Notes under the pieces: generated by a model | Databases searched by the model: none | Seen by the model: only the letters and a program-made list of their open reading frames with translations | Told to the model about the DNA's origin: nothing | Made by a program: the position numbers and the translations under genes | Part shown: piece after piece, positions 14,001 through 26,472 of the stretch | Layout of the letters: every line of letters starts with the position of its first letter | Position numbering within the stretch: the first letter of the stretch is position 1 | Origin: Hormiphora californensis | Lineage: Eukaryota; Animalia; Ctenophora | DNA: 64,000 bases | Direction: 5' to 3' | Assembly: GCA_020137815.1 (NCBI GenBank) | Contig: CM035357.1 | Location: forward strand, 3,968,001-4,032,000

Positions 14001-14500
14001 TCAACGTCAAACCCTGCTAAATCAGAAACAAAGGAGCACAGATAAAAAGGATGACTAAATTTTTTACAATAATGATCTGAAAATTTTGGAAAGGGCCCCC
14101 TTTTTTTATGAAGGGGAAAAAAAAAACCCCCCCCCTAAATTCCCTTTTTTTCAAAATTTATTGGATTCTTTCCATTGGATTTTCCCAACATTTAAACTGC
14201 AGGCGATTCCCCCAAATCAAAACCGGTTTCCACAACCCGGGGGCACCTTTGCTGGGAAGGCTAGGGGGCAAAATGCCCCAAAAAAAGAGGAAGGGGGGAG
14301 GAAGGAGAGAGAAGAGAGGAAAAGAGAGAGAAAAAGAGGAGAGCCCCAAAAAAAAGGGGGGGGGGGCCCCCCCCGGGGGGGTTTTTTTTTTGGGGGGGCC
14401 CCAAAAAAAAACCCCCCCCCCCCCCCGGGGGGGCCCCCCCGGGGGTTTTTTTTTTTTTTTTGGGGGGGGGGGGGGGGGGTTTTTTTTTTTTTTTTTTTTT

Positions 14501-14555
<55 letters not shown>

Positions 14556-14559
14556 GGGG

Positions 14560-14593
<34 letters not shown>

Positions 14594-14615
14594 TTTTTTT
14601 TTTTTTTTTTTTCCC

Positions 14616-14699
<84 letters not shown>

Positions 14700-16165
14700 C
14701 GGGGGCGGGGAAAACCGGGGCCCGGGTTTTGGGTTTGCCCCCAAAAAGGGGGTTTTTGCCCCCGGGGGGGGTTTTCCCTCCCCCCCCAAACCGGGTCCCC
14801 AAGCTTTTCCTTTAAAAAAATTTTCGGGCTTAATTTGGCAACAGGCGAAATCACACAGCCACATAATTATAACAATTTTAATTTATTTTCGCCGCACCTT
14901 CTTAAACCCTTTTTCGCCCCTTCCCCAAATGCCCACTTCCCTTCCCCAAAGGGCCTTCCGGTCCCATCTGCACGTGCAGTATAAACCAACCCTCCCCTAA
15001 CAACCTCTTCAATTTGCACGTGCACAAACGGTTGCTAGCGACATCTCCAAATTATAATATAGACTAGCGCACCCATTGGGTGCACCTCAAGCAAGGGTTT
15101 TTTGATAACCCACCCGGCTTGCCGGGTGGTTCTTTTCGCCCCTTTCAACGTCAATAACACGGTTGCCATGGCAACTGGAGTGGTAACTATGGGAACTGAA
15201 TTGTTGAAATTCATTCGAAAATATCAACAACTTCCACTGGAAGTCCCAAAAGTGTGAGCAACAGCTTTACAGCTTTGGGCCTATAAAGTGTTTTATGAAG
15301 GAGCAGACTGTCGCTTAGATACCGCTGAACGAACGACTTCGACGACGTTCATCTCCAAATTATAATAGAGATGATTGTCAATGCTTTGATCGGTGCTCCC
15401 CATGAATTTTCAGAGAAAAATATATTTTGAAATTCGAATTCTTCTTCACCCCGCTTAAAGTACCCAGATTCGGCATGGTATCACGTATCGGTTCGTTTCG
15501 AACCGTCTAATTAGCAGCAGACATGCGATAAGATGCACTGATTCGATAAACGATTCGGCCGTGGTTGATATGTAGGTAGTATGTACCTTTACTTAGAAAA
15601 ATTTTTTTTTAAAAAAAAAAAATTATTTTTCTAATCAGAAAATAGAAATGATCATGTAATCAATACATGGACATTGCATTTAACACTTAGAGGTGTTTTA
15701 GTAGAGCATTTTGGACAAAAATAGTGTTTTATGGGCCAAATATGCTCTACCCCGATTTAACGGACACCCCGATTTAACGGACAAAACCCTTTCCCCCGAG
15801 GGTGCCGTTAAATCGGGGTCCGACTGTATAACCCTCCTTAGAAAATATCCCAGTTTTGTACATACTTCTTTTTACTGATCCAAAAGACAAAACATGACTC
15901 TCAATGTTCCCTATTTCGACGTTGAGGCCAGAGGCTATACTCAATGTATTATATTGTAATGCTCTCAGTGGTTATCTATTTAATGCTCCTTTATTTTCAG
16001 TGGTTAGCTCTAGCTTCACAACTAAAACTGCTCAAAAAGGAGCTAAAATCAGGACAATACGACAAAGATAGGACGCTTAACTGGAGGCGAACTAAAGTAT
16101 CAAAACGGACACTTCCAAATCCACGTAATAAACGGAACTCTAAACGTGACAGTGGAAGTGATTAA
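8027..16165 (+). CDS. Secreted M14A zinc carboxypeptidase (CPA-like); +1 frameshift in assembly at ~10139-10142
   Basis: Exons 8027-8043, 8129-8234, 9163-9356, 9503-9574, 9727-9844 (IHAREW), 10076-10181 (NPDGYEYT, shifted), 10311-~10400 (WRKNR...GIDLNRNF), ~10561-10640, 10823-10951 (IDYHTYG), ~11057-11145, 11299-11431 (GILMD...SFTVEV) and 16001-16165. Signal peptide MFYFICALSFLAGLASG. Confidence 0.88.
8276..9095. mobile_element. Tc1/mariner-pogo-like MITE (TIR CAGTCGGACCCCGATTTA)
   Basis: TIRs at both ends, with TA after the right TIR. Homologous in opposite orientation to 11435-15826. Confidence 0.85.
8630..8709. mobile_element. 80-bp hAT-like mini-MITE nested in the pogo-like MITE
   Basis: CTGTCAG...CTGAAAG ends with 8-bp TSD TGCCGAAT. 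The sister MITE has the empty site at ~15465-15480. Confidence 0.8.
11810..15371 (-). mobile_element. Head-to-tail array of non-autonomous Helitron units
   Basis: On the minus strand units run 5'-TC...hairpin-CTAG-3' and are inserted between A and T with no TSD (empty site acagaa|tcattg in the sister MITE). Units: 11810-12115, 12116-12323, 12324-?, and 15064-15371. Confidence 0.82.
12350..15000. other. Low-quality / likely mis-called sequence (poly-G/C/T runs)
   Basis: Increasingly garbled copies of the Helitron unit, then long homopolymer blocks at 14100-14800. Confidence 0.8.
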
Positions 16166-17382
16166 TTAATTGATTAACTAGCTTATTACATGTGTAATTG
16201 TACAAAATCAGAGTTATTTTTGTCCATAAGACGGCCAGAACACATTTTCTGTTTTATTGATTGTTTTGCTTTTAATTCCAAGCGTAATCAAAGAGTAAAT
16301 CATGTCTGAACGAACTTAACAAAATATTATATGTATTGCATCAACATACACCAATAATTCTTGATGGCATTTCCTGCAGAGACCACAAAATATATCATTA
16401 TGATGATGACGGGATAATGTGAACTTTAGTGCCAGTTTTCCAGTGAAATAAGACCCCTTAATTCTTATCCCATCTCATGAGATTCTCATCTTGGATTCTG
16501 GAAAATATAACTTATTATGTGTGTTTGCATATATTATGGAAGAAATCATCACAGTTCAAATTTGTTGTGTATTATACGCCGTACCGTGTTTACATGTTGT
16601 TCAACCCTAGAGGCCGCCGGTATTCTCTACTATATCTACTAATCTTCATGCGGCTCATAAACATTTGGCCATTACAATCTCGGTTACGCCGTACCTAGTT
16701 AGAATGATACCTCGATAGAGACCCGTTATTGTTTCTTTGGGTCCATCAAACATCTCGCCAAAATCTAACCGACAGCCTTTAAATGGTCTTCCTTGTTCTT
16801 CTTCTGAAACTTTCTGCTCTTCTTCAGGGCCTACTTCCCCCTTTGTTTCTTTTGTTCTCATATTGAGGTTTGTCTGTTTGTTTGTTTGTTTGTTAAAGAC
16901 GTCTTAGGTACCTACTACATGGGACACCATGGGTTTCCCCCATTGAGGTTTAATGGCAGCCGCCGATGTCAATGGTTTATCAATCGTTAATCAATCGCGG
17001 AACGTCAAACTTAATTTTAGTAGGTTAGTTAGTGAATTTCTACTATCCATCAAAATTTAATTATCGGACATCTGCATGATTCTGTATTGGTATTAGAATT
17101 TCAGTTAGAAGCTACATTACATAACTGAAGGCGAGAAACACAGTGTACCCGAAAGCTTCTGTCAATTTATTGATTTAGTACCATTATATTATCGTTGTTT
17201 ATCTTGTTAAAGCTCCATACATTACAGTTATAACAGGAGCACAACCCACCCACCCAGTTATAACATCCCCTTTGTTTTACTCAAATCGTTTTAGGAGGGG
17301 CCGCCTTGCTCCAAAAAAGTAATCGAATCTCCTTGCCTGGCGTAACCCCACACTCTCTCTTTGTCCCTCCGATCTGTGTGCC

Positions 17383-20300
17383 ATGATCGCCCTTTTACAG
17401 TTCCTCCTCCTTTCTACTCTGACATCATGCAACATCATCTTTCTCCTTCTACTGCAGCTCCCTATCATCTCGTCTACAGCTGATCCTGACCCCCCTCCTC
17501 CGAATGTGTTGATGATTGTCGTTGATGATATGGGTTATGGAGATGCGGGCTTCCGTGGGAGCGACATTCCCACCCCTACCCTTGACCTCCTTGCTGAACA
17601 GGGAGTTGTGCTGGAGAACCACTACGTAATGCCACAATGTGGGCCCACACGTGCAGCGCTCATGAGCGGTAGGCATTCCATCGTAACGGGCACGTGGCAT
17701 GGTAATTTTCAGCCCAAGGAGGAGAGTGGTTTACCACTGGAGGAGAGGACGATGGCGGACATGTTCAAGGACCATGGATACGACACACACGCCGTGGGGA
17801 AGTGGCACCTGGGAATGTTTAAGCCTGAGTACACTCCTCTTTATCGTGGATTTGACACTTTTCTGGGACTTTACACGGGGACAAGTGATCACTTTACACA
17901 TGAAAACCGGAGAGCATACGATTTGAGATACAATTTTAGGACTAAAAACGGTCATTTCAAGGATAAGATTCTCAAGGATATGAAAGGTGTGTACAGTACG
18001 AATATCTACGTGGGTAGGACGGTCGAGCTATTAAACCAGGTCAAGTCTGATCATCCTTGGTTTATATACTGTGCATTGCAAGTGCCCCACGCCCCTTATA
18101 TCGCCCAAGAAACAATGATCAAACATATCGAAAAGGCTGAAATCGAGCGGTCACGTAACAAGAAACGTGTCAAGTATGCTGCAATGATTCTGGGGATGGA
18201 TGAAGGAATCAAGACGATTCTCGATACTCTTGATCTCCGGGGGTTCCGTAACAACACAGTTGTAGTTGTAACAAGTGACAATGGAGCCGTTAACGATGGC
18301 CCGGGCTCCAATTATCCTCTTCGTGGGGGCAAGAAGAGTTTCCTAGAGGGGGGAGTGCGAGCCCTCACCATAGTCCGTGCACCGGGACTGTTAGCCAAGA
18401 CGGGCTACACGAACACTCATCTTCACCATGTAACTGATTGGTTGCCAACATTTGAGTTCCTTGCAGCGGGGAGGAAACATGTTGAGAGACCGGAGGATCC
18501 GGGGGATGGTGTGACGTATGGGGTTAACATCTGGCCGAGCATCAGTGATAACCTTTCTTGCAGAGATTTTGTAAGTTGAATATCAGATTAGGAAGTATAT
18601 AATTTGATATCTGATCTTTCTGGTGTTGAATCAGATTAGATTAGATACAATTCTTCTTGGTCAAAATGTAGTTTAAATTCCTCAAATTATTGATTACTAA
18701 CTTTAACCCTTCGTCTAGGTGCTTATTAACATCAAGCGTCAGGATAAGTTTAAAGGAACCCCAAAGCGAACATCATCCAACAACCGACCACCGCCCCCGT
18801 TAGCATCAAAACCAAACAACAACAACGAAATAACCGATCATAACAACCGACTACCTGACAATGATCTATTCCATGTCCATCTTTACCAAAAATCTAAGTC
18901 CCGATTACGTCCCGGTGGTACCTCACCGAAATATTTTGACGCAGAAAAGTTCAAATCAATATCTGAGCGGTTAAGACAGATCTACCATCACAACAATGTT
19001 AACGACACTGTTAACGACAGGTCTGTAAAAGCGATAAGAGTGGATCGATCAGCTATAGAGTGGCCAGCAGAGAAAGATCTTTTCGAGAAGTTGGATCAAG
19101 GACCTGTTACTGAATCACTGGATGAAATGGCTACTGAGCTTGTTGATGGGACTGAGGTTATTGACTTTGAAAAATCAATAGACATCCTGGATGATAATAT
19201 GATCGAAAAGGGGACAGAAATCATCGATGATGATGAAATTTCCAACGAAACTGAGGATGGGATTGAAGAAACTCCGGAAGAGACATTAATTGAGGAGCCT
19301 CCAGAAGAAGAGATGACAGCTGATGAATCTGGAACGGAAGTTATTGATGAGCAGGCCGAGAAATCCACAGAAATCATAGACGAAGATTCAGAAAAAGATA
19401 AAACGAAAGAGGAGAAAGGAACTGAGGTGATTGATGAAGGTGATAAAGCAACAGAGGAAGTGGATGAGTCTGAAAACGAAACTAAAGACTGTAAGAAAGA
19501 TGATGGTTGCCCACCTAAACCAAAACCCCGGGATTGTGAAAATGAAACTGAAGGTTGCAAGGATGATGAGGAGGATGAGATCAAAGATGGAAAGGTTCCT
19601 GGGTTTAGGGACTTAGCTGTGGCGAGATACAGTCATTGGAAACTTATCATTGGTAAGAAATAGTATACAAAGTTCAGCAGTTGTCTGTGATATCGAATCT
19701 AGAAGAAGCATTTTCAGCTCGTGTAAAAATAATTCTCGTGTTAACTGTCAATTCCTCCTACGTTCAATTCATATGTTGCCACATTTGATTCATAAGTATG
19801 TTGGGCACGTCACGCCCCCATGTTCCCCCCTACAGGGTTGGGCCGCTACACGGCCAAATAAGTATGATCTGACACATTCTTCCAATATTACAGGATACGA
19901 AAAAGACATATTTGAAAAGTGGACACTATCCAACGGGAAGGAAGTGAGCCTACAGAGACCAGGATCCAACAAGTCTGACAAATATGTAAGTTATATGTAT
20001 AAGTTATCTAGCAATTTCTAGTATTTTAGTGTGGATACAGTCTATTTATTATAGGGGACAATCGAGTTCACTATCACCCGTTTTTCTACATCCTTGAGCG
20101 GAGAAAAATGCCCATTGGGAGATATTATGAGAAATTTATATTCGAAAAGAAAAACATATATATTTTTCTGTTTTAGATCATTCCCAATATAATACTCAAG
20201 GGTAGATTATGAAGTACAGCTACACAGTGCCCATTGTCTGGGATATACTGTCTGAGCATTCCAACCTGACCCTATTCTCATGTCTTTCTGCTTTCAATGG

Positions 20301-20608
20301 AATGCGCGAGAATCATGGTCAGAGCCAGGGGAATATATGATTATATATTGGTACCGAAGGCCGGTTCATCCTCACTTTCATTTAATTTGTTGCCAAACAA
20401 CTAAACATCCTGTTTCCAGGTTGAGATTCTCTACGAGCTGAAGAGTGATCCTCGTGAAAAACGGAACGTCGCTGATAAATACCCCAAAATCCTGAAACTA
20501 ATGAAACGAAGAATTGAACAATACAGGGAGAAAGTGGTGCAAATGTACAAACCAAAGAGCTCAAATTATGGAATTCAAAATGGAATTTGGCTGCCCTGGG
20601 TTAGGTAG
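17383..20608 (+). CDS. Arylsulfatase (ARSB/ARSI/ARSJ-like) with large acidic insertion
   Basis: Exons 17383-18570, 18719-19652, 19894-19985 and 20420-20608. Motifs: signal/anchor, PNVLMIVVDDMG, CGPTRAALMSGR (FGly motif CxPxR), GKWHLG, SDNG, GGKKSFLEGG, WKLIIG, LYELKSDPREKRNVA, ending GIWLPWVR*. Confidence 0.93.
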
Positions 20609-20939
20609 CCCACTTGAACTCTAGCAATACACTCGATTTCACTGGATAAGCTGTGTAGGGCTGACTCTAGGCACCCCCAGCCACACACCATTATATTGTT
20701 CACATGACCTTCGAGCCACACCCACACGCTCACACACACGCTCACAGACACACACAAGTCTAAACTTGATAAATTATTATACTGACACACTGTCACGATC
20801 CATGCAACTAAATGTGTCACACACCAATTGAATTGTAATTTGCAGTTTGTTTAAAAAATCCAAAGTTCATTGATTGTTTCTCTACTCAGCAATTGGACTC
20901 GATATATCAACTTTTAGAACGGACGGCTCACCGAATGAT

Positions 20940-23328
20940 TTAATCGTAGCCGTAGTAGAGACGCTTACAACATGTCCAAACGAACAATCCTTTCTGAAAA
21001 GAAACATCATTTAAAAAGGCGGTTTCTTTTGTATACTGATTCCTTCTCCTCTTTACTCACTTTTAAAGAAACCGCTTTTTTAGTCTCTTTTGTATAACTA
21101 CTCGGCAGTGACTAATTGATGGGTAAATAATAGCTAATTAACGACTATTTACTGATTTACTGACCGGCCGAATGGATGGTCTGGGGCTGTCCCGTGTTGG
21201 AAGATAGGTAAGTCCGTAGCAAACATCACCGTGCTCAGAAATCTTCTTCGTCGACATTATCTGCAATAATCGCTCAATAATTGCTCAATAATTGCTCAAT
21301 AATTGCTCAATAATTGCTCAATAATTGCTCAATAATTGCTCAATAATTGCTCAATATAATTGAACGGCCACTGGTTAGATATAGACCTTAAGACATGATA
21401 TGATCTGCATATCAATACGTGCTAATTAATTAATTACCTGGTAACAATGATATCTGTCGTCGAAGGGTGGTTCCCTAGCAATGAACGAGTCAACAGCCAC
21501 ATCCACCTCATTCGACATCTTTACCTTCTGAAAAAAATCTTTCTTACCTTCTAAAAACAAGATAACTCTTTCAGAGAAAGTTAAAAATCTACCATTAGGA
21601 TAGGATTCTCCAATTTAAATGGGAGAATCCTATTTGCATTTGGACCCTGATGTCAGGTTCCCCGATTTACCGGGATCCTCGGGAGAAAGAGTTTTGCCCG
21701 GCAAATCGCGGGGTTCCCGTAAATCGGGGTCCGACTGTATAATATACTTACTGGAATGCCGGGGCTTGTGGTTGATGGACTGGTGGTGCTGTGTTCATCT
21801 TTAAGATGTGCCTCACAGATCTTAAAACACCACTTTATCCTCTTTGTCTGTGGACTCTGGGGAGAGATCGATTTGAATTGCATTATATTACTTGTAAGTA
21901 CTCAATTTTATCAATCAATCAGCTCGATTTTGCATTATATCATTAAAAGAAGAGCTACACAGTTTCCCAACCATTTTGAGCCAGTCTCCAGTTTTAAAGA
22001 GTTCCGACTTGAACTCCTCATAGAGCGTTGCCAGGGAATGGTTCTTACACAAGCATTCCTTCTTGTTGTACGGCTCAGAGGTCGATGGCATGTGAGACGC
22101 ACCGTTGGTATCTATACAGGGAAAATAGAGGGAAATCTCCAGTCAAATAACCAAATCCTTTCCCCTCAAGGGGGCATACTTTCAATTAAGTTCGAAGTTT
22201 TAAACTTACAGTTAGGTGTTTTAGGTGGTAACTTGGGACCACCACTCTTGAGCTTGGAATCCTGCTCCTCAATCCAATCTATAATGTTGATCCACGGTGC
22301 ATTGGAGGAAGCAGTACCGTCTGAAATAAATACCTTGATTACTCAATTAGTAAATGTACAAAATACCTTGGTTACTCAATTAGTAAATAACTTGTCTAGT
22401 TCAGACTCTCGCACACGATGAATATCTACAAGCAATCCCTAACGATAAAGTCTTATAGGCGCGATCTGTACAGGGAAATCTTGTACAGGGAAATCTTAAA
22501 AGCACGTGAAATCCTAAAAGTGAAAATCCTAAAAGTGAAAATCCTAAAAGCACGTACTATAATTAGTACTATAATTAGTACTATAATTAGTACTATAATT
22601 AGTAACATAATTAGTAACAATCACCTGTAACCCATAGTTTTGGTTGCTGCGTCCTTGCATCAAGTACCTCTGTAGCAGTGTTCCCCTGCACAGCAGGCAC
22701 TGGTCCGACAACCTGATCTTCGTCTTGAGATGTTATGAATTTTTCCCAGAACGCAGGCGGTTTTTCATCATTCTCTTTTTCACCGGTCGGGTTAACAATG
22801 TGATCTGATTCTTTTTCATCAGTGTCATCAATGTGATCTGATCCTTTTTCATCAGGGTCTTCAACCTGATCTGACCCTTTTTCAACAGGGTCGATAATGT
22901 GATCTGATCCTTTTTCCAAAGGGTCATCTATGTGATCTGATCCTTTTTTCAAAGGATCGATTTCATCAGCAACAGCAGCTGGAAGGGTTGGTAGATTCAA
23001 AGATTCATTCAAAGATGGTATTTCTGTCTTGATTTGTTCGGCTGATGGCTCTACCAGCGTATACGTTCTTTTCCGTTCTGTAAGGGGAAATTCTTCAAGC
23101 AATACCACTTGAAAACTGAAGTTTTTAGTTTCACAGAATAGTGTCCTGATTGAAACATCAACGAATCAAAGCCTAATAAAATGGGCTCGCTACTAAGTTG
23201 ACATCCTCTCTCTCTAGTCTCTAAAATGCAATATCACATAACGTACCTGAAATAGGGATACCACGGGATAATGAAAGTAGCAAGGAGAAAAGAAGGGCAC
23301 AAATAACACGGAGAGAAAGAGCAAACAT
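20940..23328 (-). CDS. Orphan secreted protein: signal peptide, acidic 11-aa repeats, Cys-containing C-terminal domain
   Basis: Exon 1 encodes MFALSLRVICALLFSLLLSLSRGIPIS and exon 2 carries (EKGSDHIDDP)-type repeats. Downstream exons include ECLCKNH, RYHCYQ and DVCYGLTY, ending KGLFVWTCCKRLYYGYD*. Internal junctions near 21860-21970 are uncertain. Confidence 0.65.
21653..21737. mobile_element. Short pogo-like MITE derivative
   Basis: ccccgatttaccggg...aaatcggggtccgactg-TA. Confidence 0.7.
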
Positions 23329-23934
23329 GATGTATGGCAGGAGAAGTGCGGTAGACGGTAGATCTCTCTCCCCGCAGCCGGCCCCCCTCTCTATATGTAA
23401 TTCAGTTCACGACGTCCTCTCTCTATCTATCTTTCCCTCTCTCTCTATCCCTTGCCCTCTCTCTCTCTCTGATCAACCAGCCCCCTCTTCGTCCTACACG
23501 CCCTGACAAAGATGATATTCTAGGAAGAAAAAAGGGAGCTTTCAAGTCTAGACGCTACTGCATAACAACGCTGGACGAGCGGCCTTTCTTAAGTAACCCT
23601 TTATGTCCTTTCAGTTTCTTTCCCCCAGATCACTCTCTCCCTCCCTCTCTCTCTTTTATAGTTTGTATCATATCATTTGCTTACCGGTCATTAACCATGA
23701 ATTTATCGCTTCCTGAATTGCGAGGCCTCATGTCGACCGAAACCCCTCTCTCTAGAGAGAGAGGTAATTCACTTATGAAGCTTCAGACACAAAGCGAGTT
23801 TATCCCACGTGAGAGAACTGCTTCCCCATTTTATCTGAAATTCTAGACTCCTTCTGAAGGCTAGGTGTTCTTTTGGCTGTTACCTTCCTTCAATTTCCTT
23901 TTTGAAAGAACTTTTTGACGAAACTGCACAGATC

Positions 23935-26306
23935 ATGTCGTTGCCATTGCACGTGCGAACTCCCTTAATCCGAAGTGCTCCCCTGTCACTATGTGTCCAG
24001 GGAAGGGAGGTGTTTCTGAAACTAGAAAATACTCAGCCCAGCGGCTCCTTTCAAATTACGAGGTTTGTAGTTATTATTATTTTGAATATTATGTATACAT
24101 TTGATCCCATTCAGACAGCAGAAAGGTGGCTGCTCGCGATGCTTAGTTGTTTGTTAGCCTGCTGCACAGTAGCAGACAAACTCCATTTCTTCTCACGCCC
24201 TATAACTGCATAATTGTTTTAGGGCGTGATATGATATATGAAGACATATCAACTACCTTAACTTTTTATACTTCTCTTCGGCCTGCCTTTGATATTTATA
24301 GATATATCATTTTCCAAATACGATTGCTAAATATTTTCGTGCCTTGGCCTTTGAGTTTGAACTTTTCCGGGTCAGGTGCATTCCATAGAGTTGGACAATG
24401 ATTAACAAGACATGTTGTAGGTTTTAATCCCTCTCTTTTCTTTTTTATCTTCTTCTTCTTCTTATTTTATACGAGGACGCTGGCTAGTGTGAAGCACTGG
24501 CCAGTAAGGGGTGAGTGACATGAGGATCCCGTTCCCCGTCATGGCTTCTTTTTTATCACACTCTCTCCCCTCCCTCTCCATCTATCGTCTACTACAGGAA
24601 TTGGGCACAGCTGTCAGAAGGCGGTGGCTGCAGGAGCTACCCATCTGATTTGCAGCTCTGGAGGAAATGCGGGAATGGCAACGGCATACTCTGCACAGAG
24701 ACTTGGAGTCAAGTAAGTGTATTCCTTGGTGCTACCGGGAGAGGTTTTTGTCTGGTAAATTAAGGTATGTTTATGTATATAATGTATTTTAATTTTACCT
24801 CCCCCTCTCTGCTTGGTAACATAGACACCTGGCGCGACCCCGTGTGCGGGGGTCGTGCCAGGTGTCTATGTCACCAACCTCTCTGCAGGGCAACCATTTT
24901 CACCATGAATGGTTTACCGCAACCTGTCCTTAAGAAGTTTTCTGACCTGGGCAGTGAGATTTTCATTGGTGGGCCCATCTGGGATGAATGTGATAGGTAA
25001 GTTGTGTCATTGTCAACTGCATGTTCAGTAATCAGTAAAACCCGTCTACTCATCTGATCTAGTCCGGCCGTAAAGGAGAAGACTAAACTTCCTCGTGAAC
25101 CATGTATTATTTCGATCGATTTATCATAATTTCTGCCTAGGACAGCCCGAGCATACATTAAATCCTTGGAGGAGAAAGGAGAAAAGGTTCACTACATCCA
25201 CCCTTTTGATGGGGAATACGTCTGGGAGGGACACTCCACCATGATGGATGAGGTAATTAACTAATTGATTAATCAGTTAATTGAATTCGTCGTAGCAAAT
25301 ATTCTTTGACTCTTGGTCAATAGTACTGACAAACTATACGGTGTAAGGATTACAGTGCAGTTCTAACTGATTTCTGATCGATCATGATCGCTTCTGTTAT
25401 ACCTTGCCTTGCTCGATCCTGCATTTCCCTGCACCCCAGCCGGTTTGAACAAAATATACCCTTGTAAACAGGTGAAAGAGCAATTGGGTGAATTTGGTGT
25501 TACCGAACCCGGGGTAGTGGTTACATGTGTGGGTGGTGGAGGTCTCCTATCGGGAGTGTCACGTGGTATGGCACGTGCGGGATGGGATCACGTTCCCATT
25601 GTTGCCATGGAAACCAAAGGAGCGGAGTCTTTTCATTTAGCGATGGAGGCTGGGAAACCTGTTAAATTGGAAAAGCTAACCAGCATCGCCAAGACATTGG
25701 GTAAATATTTTTAAATCCAAATTTAAAGTTCGAGTTTTTCTGTTTTGGCAACCAATATTTAGATGTAACTATCCCAACACCTCTTGTTCTCTTCTTCTCT
25801 CACACATGTGTGTTCTCCTTTTCTCTCCTGTAGGTGCCCAAATGGTGTGTAAGAATGTGGTTGAGGAGGGGCTGCGGCGGGAGATTATTAGTGAGCTGAC
25901 AGACGACAAAACAGCTGTTCAGTGCAGTTGGTGGTTCTTGAGGGACCATCAGATGTTGGTGGAACCAGCTTGTGGTGCTACCCTCTCCATCGTATACTCA
26001 GGTACTTGGGCACGTCACGCCCCTCTATGTTCGTGCGTGAAATGTTGAGATATAATGTGATAATTATGTGAAACCACGATCTATGTTTGTACGAAACGAC
26101 CCCTTGTTAATATAACATCTTCCTCTTCCTTCACGTCAGGAAAGATATCGGACAGCATTCCATTGGCCAGCTCTGACAACCCGATAGTAGTGATTGTATG
26201 TGGGGGAGCGACTGTTGATATTGATACTCTCCGAGAGTTAGTTTCCTCCCTGGGGGTTGATACTGAACTAGGAAAACACTATCCTTTGGAGAAAATGACA
26301 ATGTAA
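23935..26306 (+). CDS. L-serine/threonine dehydratase (SDS/SDSL family, PLP fold II); +1 frameshift in assembly at the PLP-lysine motif
   Basis: Exons 23935-24062, 24598-24712, 24889-24996, 25141-25252, 25472-25700, 25834-26001 and 26140-26306. Motifs: KLENTQPSGSF(KLRG), SSGGNAG, IHPFD, VGGGGL, LVEPACGA, VIVCGG. Confidence 0.9.
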
Positions 26307-26472
26307 TAAGTTATATATAACAGTGTTACGTGTTATTGACCGTTCAATATTAGTTTTTAAAAGAAAAATAAACCGCGTTTTGTCCTTCTCATATACATTA
26401 TACATCACGTGGAACAACAATGTCCTTGATATCACTATGTAAAGATTCCATTGTTCATATCGTGATGAACGT

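Larger units (their letters stand above)
11435..15826. mobile_element. pogo/Tc1-like MITE inserted at the TA of a splice donor, interrupted by a Helitron array
   Basis: cag|gTA-CAGTCGGACCCCG...CGGGGTCCGACTG-TA, i.e. a TA TSD. Confidence 0.88.

Noticed and set aside
14086-15000. Long poly-Pro/Gly/Lys/Phe ORFs in all six frames
   Set aside because: Homopolymer runs typical of failed base-calling; ORFs in every frame and no coding signal.
17383-18579. Long first sulfatase exon as possible bacterial HGT or contamination
   Set aside because: The gene continues through three GT-AG introns and has animal ARSB-like C-terminal motifs.
21264-21355. 11-bp (caataattgct)n repeat; also short arrays at ~1870-1930, 22554-22615 and 31188-31328
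   Set aside because: Ordinary intronic minisatellites with no spacers or further structure.
21756-22421. 221-aa plus-strand ORF
   Set aside because: Antisense to exons of the minus-strand secreted gene and crosses its introns; no motifs.
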